A stretch of DNA of 64,000 nt from Octopus vulgaris. Taxonomy: Eukaryota. This document shows positions 54,365 through 64,000 of this stretch, in pieces. Every line of letters begins with the position of its first letter. The first letter of the stretch is position 1. Below the pieces are notes generated by a model. It was given only the letters and a program-made list of their open reading frames with translations. It ran no database searches and was not told the origin of the DNA. The DNA lies in the NCBI GenBank assembly GCA_951406725.2, contig OX597815.1, positions 38,068,001 to 38,132,000 of the forward strand. Reading direction: 5' to 3'. Both the position numbers and the translations under genes were made by a program.

Positions 54365-54789
54365 ATAAATGGAGTTAAACGCAGATATTAATCAAATCTT
54401 TATACTTCCGACATATGTTTTGAAGAAAACATTGGTAATATTTCAGAAGGAATAAAATGATGTAAAACAATGCAATCTTCTCACCAGGAGAAAAAAAACG
54501 CATCAATAAGATATTTTAACCGAATGTGATTACTGCCTTATTGATGCATTTTGTTTCTCTTGTTTTCCTTGATGAGAAGACTGTATTGTTTCTGGAATAA
54601 TATCAATCTTTTCTTCGATTACTTTCATTACTGTCTTATTGATGCATTTTGTTTCTCTTGTTTCCCCTGATGAGAATATTTCATTGTTTTACATCATTTT
54701 ATTCCTTCTAAAATAATACGAATGTTTTCTTCGAAACATATGTCTGAAGTATAAAGATATGAATAACACCTGCGTTTAACTCCATTTAT
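54365..54789. mobile_element. Hammerhead-bearing unit: inverted arms plus an internal partial tandem copy
   Basis: 54365-54511 is the reverse complement of about 54634-54789. 54529-54618 is a partial direct duplicate of 54628-54734. Confidence 0.8.
54662..54749 (+). ncRNA. Type I hammerhead motif with a long stem II (about 59 nt)
   Basis: ttccc-CTGATGA-GAAta...ttcTTC-GAAA-C-ATAT-G-TC-tgaag. The inverted copy has GTC-ggaag, giving a consensus stem I of ttcc/ggaa. Palindromic ATAT loop III. Confidence 0.7.
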
Positions 54790-54945
54790 TTATCTATCTA
54801 TACAACAACGTTTCACTAAACCCTGGAATTTCTACCTTTATAAGTAGGATGTTACATCCTTGGTTCTTATGTGAATTTTTGCTACCCTGGTAACTATTTA
54901 TTTATTTTTCCGTGTTATTCGTACACATTGAAAAAATACACATAC

Positions 54946-54993
<48 letters not shown>

Positions 54994-55089
54994 TCCATTA
55001 TTATCTACCTATGAGACAAGATGTTTTACCAAAGACACCGGTCTGAATGATGGTCTTGAGTTTAAAGAAATGAGAATCTACAGTATTGT

Positions 55090-55490
55090 AGAGGCCATAG
55101 TCACTCATAATATGAAAAAAATTACTGGTGGAATGTCGCAGTAACAACCTCAATAAAATACAAATGTAGAAGTTTGTGACAGAGAAGAACAACCATGTAC
55201 AGTAGTGGAAATCAGTTACTTAGAACATGTCACTTAAAGCTAAATATCATAAAACGAAAATACGCTGCACTATTGAAAAATTTACAGCTACTCTATCCGG
55301 GTTACAATATCAGATTTATACCTGTAATTATTGGGACACTAGGCTGTACAAACTGTCAAAATACCAATCTTGAGAAATAAGGTTCCTCGAAATCAGGAAG
55401 GAGAAAGCTAATTGGGCGATTGTTGATTACACATACAAGCCGTCAAATGGAGCCGTCAAAATGTGTAAAACTTTCCAAAAGATTAGCATT
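55090..55490 (+). mobile_element. Second degenerate RLE-type LINE 3' end, related to 53830-54270
   Basis: DREEQPCTVVEIS; KYAALLKNLQLLYPGYNIRFIPVIIGTLG. Confidence 0.65.
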
Positions 55491-55764
55491 TAATTATATA
55501 TAATTGCATGTCTAGATACATAACTATCCAGAGAAAACATGCAAAAACAAAGCCTACAAATTTACACTTGCATTGAATCCAAATATATACACATAAGTAT
55601 GGAAAAATACCTTGCTGAAGTTGTTTAAAATTCAAATGAATGAACCTTGAATCTAGGCTAGAAACCGATTATATTGACAAGAAATCCAGAAATAAGACTG
55701 AATAATAACACACATACATACACATACATACTTACATACATACATACATACATACGTACATACA

Positions 55765-55798
<34 letters not shown>

Positions 55799-56925
55799 CA
55801 TACAAACGAGCATACATACGTACCTGCTTATATGTATTTGCTGCATAATTGTAGCTTGACCAACGTGCTTTATTAAACATGTGGATAGAATTAAACAAGA
55901 GCAATTAAAGTGTTCCCTTCATAATTGACTTCGATTCTCCAGCATGAATTATTAGACAGGTGCTTTTTACTGAGTCCTTGAGATGACACAAGCCCTGTGA
56001 ATAAAATTGTGCAAGTGGAAACTCTGTGGCAGCCCGTCAGATGGCTTGTACCTGCAATTTAAAAGTCCAGCCGCATCACATAATGAATCACATTGATTCC
56101 ATCTGAGATATACGTTAAACGAATTTGGTTGCGTTGGTAGAATACTAAGGAACTTATAGCGTAATGTAACGTGTAGTCAGTTCCATTGCTCGAACGGTCG
56201 AATGCTCATCGTCGACGCCGATGGAGAAACCATCAGTAAACATCATCACCATGCATTGTTTTAGCCTTGAACAGGTTATAAAATCCCAATATATATATAT
56301 ATATTTTATTTTTGCTTTCTGACGCTGTGTTTTTTTTACCTAAAGTATTACTATTTGGTTTATTTACATACAATATATTGATTAAGGCTGGTATAAAAGG
56401 TGCATTACTGGGAGATTAGAAATTATCGATTTGTCTTTTTTATTGCTTTTCCTTGTACGTATGTTTGTTTGTTTACTGAAGTCTTTATAAATAAAATCAA
56501 TTAGCTCATTTGATTGTTTCGGTCGCAGTTTCTGGAGACGTGTAAATTTAGTGTGCGTCTGTGTATGTGTGTGTGCGTGCGTTCATGGATATGTATTTGC
56601 ATATGTGAGTGTGTGTACATGCGCGCGTATGTGAGGCGAGATTTGCATATATAGTCTTTGAAGGACAAAAATGTGGCAATTTCCTATATTACAACAATTG
56701 TTATCTTTTTTCTTTTGTTTGCATATTATCAATTGTCCTGGCGATTTATTTTTCTTCCATTTGCAGTGTTACCTTGAATTAGATTGTATTATTAATCTTA
56801 ATGTTTTAAAAGGCTTTTACGGAGAACAGTTTAACTGGTGTGTCGACTCTTCAGCCGTTATTTCTAATAATGAGGCCTCTACTTTACATTGATGATGATT
56901 AATTTGACAATACAAACGATTATAC

Positions 56926-57079
56926 CGATAGGCATGAGGTACTGGTGTCAAATCTAGGGTAAGGTAGGGTGTTAAACATACTATCAACAGCATGGAAATT
57001 GATGAAAGCCAGTGTCTAATGGCACATATTTCTGAAAGCATCTGAATAGAAACTAAAAAGCCTTGTATTAATTTACTGG
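56926..57079 (-). CDS. Possible upstream exon of the same gene (SKLIQGFLVSIQMLSEICAIRHWLSSISMLLIVCLTPYLTLDLTPVPHAYR)
   Basis: Acceptor tttattttctag lies inside the 123-aa ORF 56817-57188. Donor cg|gtataa (phase 2) fits exon A; an alternative donor ata|gtatgt at 56982 does not. Weaker than exons A-E. Confidence 0.3.
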
Positions 57080-57738
57080 CTAGAAAATAAATCGCGTACA
57101 TATATTGTTTTTCTCTACACAACAAATTATTTTCAATTACCATATATTGAAAACTGATTTGTTTCTCATAAATTCGAGAATATGTCATAATTTTAATAAG
57201 GCTTTATTATTCTTGAAAAACAGTTTTAAAATTTCGAGAACATTTTATTTTATAAAAGTGAAGTTTATTATTCTGTCAATTACGTTTTTGAAAATATGCA
57301 TTTCTGAAATTAAACATTAGAATATATTTTCTTATCCATCCACTTGTCTCGGTAGAATAATAAAGCTGCATTTATATTTCATCCTAAATTTAATAAAAAT
57401 TCAAGTATATTGTCTCGTGAAATATGCAAACTAACGCGGCTAAAATCTTTAATTTCCTGTTGTTTGTTTAATTCATGTCCTCACAGCTTGCTGATAAATT
57501 TCACCTCTTAAACTCGTCTTGACTGAGTAAGTGACTCTATTTGTGTATGCATAAATGCGCGCGCGTGGGTGTGTGTGCGTGCGGGTGCATATGTGTGCCT
57601 GTGAGGTAACTTAGGTATCCTCTACTAGAGTCATATATGTACATATGTATGTATGTGTGTATGTATGTATGTATTATGTATGCATGTATATATGTATGCA
57701 TATATATATATGTATATATATATTTATATATATATATG

Positions 57739-57796
<58 letters not shown>

Positions 57797-57904
57797 TAGG
57801 AAGCGAGAGAAATAGATACATACATATATACATACATACATATATGCGTCTCTGTGTGTGTGTGTGTGTGTGTGTGTGCATGCGTACGTGTATGTATGAG
57901 TGTT

Positions 57905-58945
57905 TGTGTGTGTGTAATATCGGGACGAGGGAGATCAAATGATATAATAACAGCAGCACTAAAGACAACGACTGCAGAAAAACTACAGTCCAATGTGAGC
58001 GAAGAAACAAGAACTCATCCGCTTCTTTCTCTCATCAAATCTCATATTAACATCCTTGATGCCTTCTTTGAAAACAAGCACAAAGAAGATGACAAGAATG
58101 CAAATACTGAGATAAGAGATGTTCCCTTGGCTCTAGAGACCCCGAAGGGAACAAAGACCAGACCATGAGTGACACACCTGCCAGGAAATGAAGCACCAGT
58201 ACTACTGGCCCTACAACTACTAATGCGCTAAAGATTGTGCAGCAACCGATCTGACTACACCAATTTCACCATCTCTCTTAAGCATACAAGTTCACCACAG
58301 CCAACAACTTCAGGGTGGCCACATCGATATTATCCCTAAATGCTAGGTGACTGTTACAACTCAGTAACAAAACCAGTAATTCCTTCCTGAGAGATCTTAT
58401 GTGTTGCAATGAAACATTCACCGAAATGCATCTAAAACTCGATATCGCAGATGAAGAAAAGTACATATCAAAGTATGTTATATCGCGAACCGACAGAAAA
58501 GGCAGGAGTCACGGTGGAGTTGGAAAGTACATCCGTGAAGACTTCACGCCCAAGATCCTTTTGTCATACTCAAAACCAATGTGTAATGCACTGATTGTAC
58601 ATAAAAGAGAACTAGATATAGTTATATGTACTATTTATTGCCCACCAGATACTATAAATCACACGGGTAGATTTGAAGACGGCCTCGCAAAAAAAAATAC
58701 AAGTCTTAACCAAATTAGAAAAACACATTAGTGTACTTCTCATGGGAAATTTCAACCTGTCAACGTAAGATAGCCTGAGGGCCTTTAACTCTCAAGACCG
58801 ATGCGACGCGTAAAAAGATAAATGGAGTCGCTGCTCATCCTCACCAACACGTTATACACAGAGCATGTAGTACTCAAATCAACAAGGGCAAACAATATAC
58901 GTGATCTCTCTTCCCGTAGTCAGGAAGTGACAACTACACTAGTCT
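57905..58945 (+). mobile_element. Degenerate LINE fragment with an AP-endonuclease domain (CR1/Jockey-like)
   Basis: FTEMHL...RTDRKGRSHGGVGKYIR...ICTIYCPPD and MGNFNL at about 58742. Confidence 0.75.
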
Positions 58946-58949
58946 AACA

Positions 58950-59753
58950 TCATATATGGAACAAAGGAATCTGTTGGCATGCAGCTTATCAGTAGCACCC
59001 AAAATCTATCGAATTCATACATCCATAAAGCAAACTGCTAATTGGTTGCGAAAGAGATCATCAAACAGGGCGGGCTTCAATCTAGATGTATATATAGACA
59101 GATTTGTTACAGGTGATGATAAGTGGATTCCTTACCATAATGTTAAACGCCGCCGTTCTTGGAGCAGCCGAGGAGGACGGCAGTTCAACAACCGAGAGCA
59201 GGACTTCATCCAAAGAAGATCATGTTGATCACGGTGGGATATTAAAGGAGTCACCCATTATGAACTGTGGACAACAACCAAGCAATTAATGCTAATCTTT
59301 GCTGTGAACAACTTCATCGTTTGAAAACAGTTCTGAGCCAAAAGCGAGCATCCTTGGTTAACAGAAAGGGTGTCATCTTTCATCACAATGATGCTCGTCC
59401 TCGCATAGATCGACCAAAACTCTTTTGGAAGAACTTGGTTGTGAAATACTACCTCATCCTCCATATTCTCCTGACATTGCTCCTTCTGTTTACCATTTGT
59501 TCCGAGGACTACAGAACCATTTGATTGACTTTGGTTGACAACAAGAGAAGAGACTGAAAATGAGTTGGATTCATATGTTGGTTCTAAACCTAAAGAATTT
59601 CACATGCGAGGCATTTATAAGGTTGTTGAAAGATGGAATGAGATCATTGAAAGCAATGGAGAGTATGTTAATAAATAAATATTTCCATAGTCATTGGCTT
59701 ATTCATTTTTACCTTAGATCTTTAAATCGGACATTTGTTTTTCACCAACCTGA
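58950..59753 (+). mobile_element. Degenerate mariner (DD34D) transposon, 3' part
   Basis: FVTGDDKWI, EQLHRLK...KRASLVNRKGVIFHHNDARP and HPPYSPDIAPSVYHLF. The end reads caccaacctga-TA, TIR-like. Confidence 0.88.
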
Positions 59754-61103
59754 TACAACAGTAATATCTGTTCTAACAGAACATTCACGTTTACGTGGGA
59801 ATAAAAATTATCGATTTTATCAAATGTTCAGGAATATCACCTACTATTGTTACTTTTCTTTTTGTTTTCTTTTAACAGAAAATTAATGGGAAGAAAGATA
59901 GAAAAACTATAGTGAGCTAGTCTAATCTTGCCTCTTCACTGAGTCAACTTTGTCTTTTGCCATACTTAATTAAAGTTGATAACATAAATGTAAGCGTGGC
60001 ATGTTATGTGTCGGTTCAACTGACTACAAAAGTCTAGTACATGAAAATGTTACATTAAAATGTTTATTCAAAGCGTTTAACGAAGTATCACCAACAGTGG
60101 ATAAACAAAACACATACAGACATCGACACTCACAAGCACACACGCATACACACAAAGACATGCACGCATACACATCGACATCACTGATTCATTGACCATC
60201 TTACCCTCACTCTCTTCACATCGGTCTTCAACAAATTCAACAATTCCAAGATCCTCCCTTGACTTTTCTTCCTCGCTCCTTATCCACTTCTATTTCCACC
60301 TTTCCCGTGTGGTTGACCGTAAATCATATCTTACCAGTATCTGGAATCCTACCAACTGCATCCCCTTTTCTTTTACCTTTCACTTTGCTCCCTCCATCGC
60401 ACCACCATCCGCTGCTTCAGTCACTTTTAATCTGACACTGTAGCTTCCCGCACTTTCTCTCTTCCTAACAGATCATCTATTTATCCCTTCTCGATCGTAG
60501 CTGCCTCTGCCTCACTCTTAAGATTCTCTCGTAGCCATGATATGGCACACACTCAACATTTCTCTTGTTTTCTGTTTTACCTTACACTAGTGCCTGCTTC
60601 CACTTCCTCCCATCCTTTCTTCACACACATGCAATACGATTACACACACACACACACACACATGCACACACATGCTCACACATCTACAAATTACTAACAC
60701 TTTCACTAAACCATGGCATTATGATTCTGCACTTCATATTTGTACACACATATTTCTACACACTACCCACCACCAATGTCGATATCTAAAAAAGACACAC
60801 GCCTACGCCTGAAAATATACAATCATCCTGCCCCTCTTTGCTTAATCCTCTCATGACACCGCATTCCCACACGGTTCCCAGCCACTCGTCTATTTTTATC
60901 CACTTTTTCTCTTTCTCATTCACTTATGAACTTCTCTTACTTCTGATGACGGATTAATGGCTGAAACGTAGGCATAACCTTTAATTCCTATCAAGCGTTA
61001 AGCCAATAAAGTATTTAGTAAATCCTGTCCTTTTGTTGTCTTCTTCATTTTACTGTGCATTGCATGTGTATGTATGTGTGTGTGTGTGTAGTAGTAGTAG
61101 TAA

Positions 61104-61161
<58 letters not shown>

Positions 61162-61349
61162 TATAGGATCCAATACAATCTAGACACATCAGTAAGCAGG
61201 ACACCAGAAATGGCTAGGTACAATAATATAGGGTTCACAGTGAGGCAAAATATTGAAGGTGTCATGTATGTGTAAGATACCGTAGGTATGTAAGTACAAA
61301 ACTCAATTTAGACTGAAGATTCGATTCATAGCTGGTTACAGGTGTGACA

Positions 61350-62195
61350 TAGGTACAAAAAAAGCGAACAGAAATAGGGTTTAAAATTTACTATTGGTGT
61401 TTAGGTTGAATTTCATTGATGTATTCATAGATTACATCATAACATATATTCCACCATCTTCAGATACAATTTTAAACTGGTTATCAGACAGGTGAGATAA
61501 AACCCCAATTGTGACGAATCCAACCAACATAGTCGGATAGGTGTTTTATTTTAAATAACATTCAAATTTGTGGAGGAATTAGAAGGAATGTCTTTAGCGG
61601 GCACACGAGAAGCAAAGCAATCAAACATTAATCTAAATTACTAAATTAGTTTATTGCTTACCCTGACTGTGAGATCGTGCAAGACTCGCAGAAATTAAAA
61701 ATCATTATAGTGAAGTTGCTATCTTTTCAGTGTTAAAAATCTTATGATAGTTTTATGACATTCTGCTGCCCTAAGATGTTTAATTTTCTCTCATTTAACT
61801 GACAAGAGAGCTGCTTGGCCTTAATGGTTTTAAGGACAAGTCATGCCTACGACATGTCTGTGATTCTTGTACATTCTGGTAGCCAATATCAGCTATAAAC
61901 TCATTCAGATATGTATTTTGAAATGATAAGGTCGTTTGAACACTACTTTTCGCATGTCTGTTAACGTCACTCATAATTTCTCTGTAAATTCGAATGTCAT
62001 TTTTAAATACCACCCATCCAACAATGTTCACTGGATCCGTCACGATCTTTGTATTAACTCACCTGTTTCATACCTATTTAAAATTTCACCTGGAGATGAA
62101 GTATTATATGTTATGATGTAATCTATGAATACATCAATATAATTCTACCAAGACAAGTGTAGTAAATTTTAAACCTATTTGTGTTCTTTTGAATA
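61350..62195. repeat. Long diverged inverted repeat (arms of about 330 bp; MITE or foldback-like)
   Basis: About 61350-61695 versus about 61855-62195. A perfect 34-bp inverted match links 61415-61448 and 62105-62138. Confidence 0.8.
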
Positions 62196-63403
62196 TGTAT
62201 GTATATATGTATTGCATTTTAGATAACAATATAATTATTCTATATCGTGTTGGAGATGACTTTTCTCCTCCGTTTCTTGCAGTTTTAGCGACTATTTAGT
62301 AGCACACTTGTTGATTCATAATTGATTTTATTGTAACACTGCCATTTGTTTTAACGATCGCTGTGTAATATTTGCTGCTTAAGAGATTCCTCAGCATAAT
62401 GTTTTTGCTGAAATTATTATTATGAGAATTTATGATTATACCAAAAAACTGGTAATATTTTATGTAACAAATGAAATTTTAATTTTTCAATTTCCAGAAA
62501 TGAACATTTTCCAAAGATAGTAATTAGAAAATACCACAAGTCGCATTTAAAAGTGAAACGTTCATGAATAAGATATTTAACAGAAATTTCAATATGTCAA
62601 TATTGGCGAATTGAGTGAATCGTTACAAATCCAGGATTTACTGTGGTTCTCTTCCACCTTTGTTCAAATTTTGCCGAGATCAACCTTATTATGTCGATAA
62701 ATTTCAATTCAAGGCCTCCGTTGCTGTCTTTGTTACGTTTATTTTTCTCAGAATCAGCTGTTTTCGCCCATTCACTGCCACTTTTCTACAAATACAGAAT
62801 GGAACTGCTATATTATTCGTACCATCCTGTAAAGCCCGAGTCGAGAATAAAAAAGAATAGAGGCTTCATAGCATTTTGTAATATTATTGATATGATTAAA
62901 TCATTCTATGCATATAATATGTTTTAATTAAGGCACAACATTTAGTAATTATTAATGGGAAATTAGTCAAAGAAAAGAGGGAAAACTACAGTTGGCTGTT
63001 ATGGTTTTGCACTTACACTAAATAAATTTTATCTTTTTTCAAATCTACATTTGATAAGAAAAAATAGCAGGCATGTTACGTCTGTCAATTAAATTAATTC
63101 CAGTTCTACCAAGTCTCCAAATACTTCAACAAAAGGTTTTCAAGAAGTTAGTTTTGAGGCAAGAATGGAGGATACCAGTTGACACAGACAACATGCACAA
63201 ACCGACCAACCTGTCTATCTAACTGCCTGTCTGTCTGACTGTTTATCTGTCAGTCCGTCTGTCTCTCTGTCTATCTGTACATATATACATATACATATTT
63301 GTATATATATATATATATATATACATATATACATATATATATAGATATATCTATATGTATGTTTGTATGTATATCTAGATATATCTATATGTATGTTTGT
63401 ATG

Positions 63404-63437
<34 letters not shown>

Positions 63438-63438
63438 C

Positions 63439-63471
<33 letters not shown>

Positions 63472-63472
<1 letters not shown>

Positions 63473-64000
63473 CGAAGTGATATCAAAAAGTTTCCGGACT
63501 ACTTTCGTAGCGCGCCAATGGATGGCAGTATACGGTTGTGGGAGCAGTGACCTTCATGAGGCAGTGTGCCGCGTGACACCGTTGTATTTACTTCGCAGGT
63601 TGTGTATGCTGTAGTCTGCGATTATTGTCATGGGCCGAAAATTGGTACAAAGAGCCAACATGAAATTTTGCGTTAAACTTGGGAAGTCTGTTATAGGGAC
63701 ATTGACCATGCTTTGGAAGGCTCACGGCGACGAGGCAATGTTTAGAGTAGTAAGACGCTTCAAAAGGCACGACAGAACCACAGCTCAATCAAGATAATAC
63801 TCATCGTTTTCTTTCTCTTTTTTGTGTGTGTGTGCACCGAGACCATATCCCCCCACGGCCAGACCGTCACTCCACAGTGCTACTGCAACGTTTTGAAGCG
63901 TTTGAGGGAGGACATTAGGCGAAAGTAACTGGATTTGTGGGGCGTGATTAACTGTATTCTTCACGACGACAATACATCCTGTCCTCACTCGTGAGCTTCT
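63472..64000 (+). mobile_element. Degenerate mariner of a different subfamily, internally deleted, running off the window
   Basis: TIR-like cgaagtgatatcaaaaagtttccggac after (TA)n; RANMKFCVKLGKS...HGDEAM; GQTV..CYCNVLKRLREDIRRK; ILHDDN. Confidence 0.82.

Noticed and set aside
62600-62830. Minus-strand open frame after an AG (KSGSEWAKTADSEK...)
   Set aside because: No convincing donor or phase fit and no recognisable motif.

Overview
AT-rich, microsatellite-dense eukaryotic DNA. The repeat families resemble, from memory, those of Octopus (coleoid cephalopod); this is inference, not checked against a database. There are no prokaryotic features. Most of the ORF track is microsatellite artefact. 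Supported content: (1) a chain of five short, phase-compatible minus-strand exons spanning about 9.2-48.8 kb, so most of the window looks intronic; (2) young and old R4/Dong-clade non-LTR retrotransposons (RT plus restriction-like endonuclease), the young ones stacked in (AAT)n tracts; (3) fragments of Tx1/L1, CR1-like, Penelope (GIY-YIG, RT), mariner, DD37D/maT and non-autonomous Helitron elements, plus many tRNA-derived SINEs; (4) the most interesting signal: at least four mutually unrelated short non-coding units carrying type I hammerhead-ribozyme motifs, three of them arranged as partial tandem plus inverted copies, all in or beside TA-rich tracts (Penelope pLTR / retrozyme-like). One near-intact hammerhead lies in the sense orientation of the putative host intron. 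Boundaries of degenerate elements are approximate, and all structures were read by eye.
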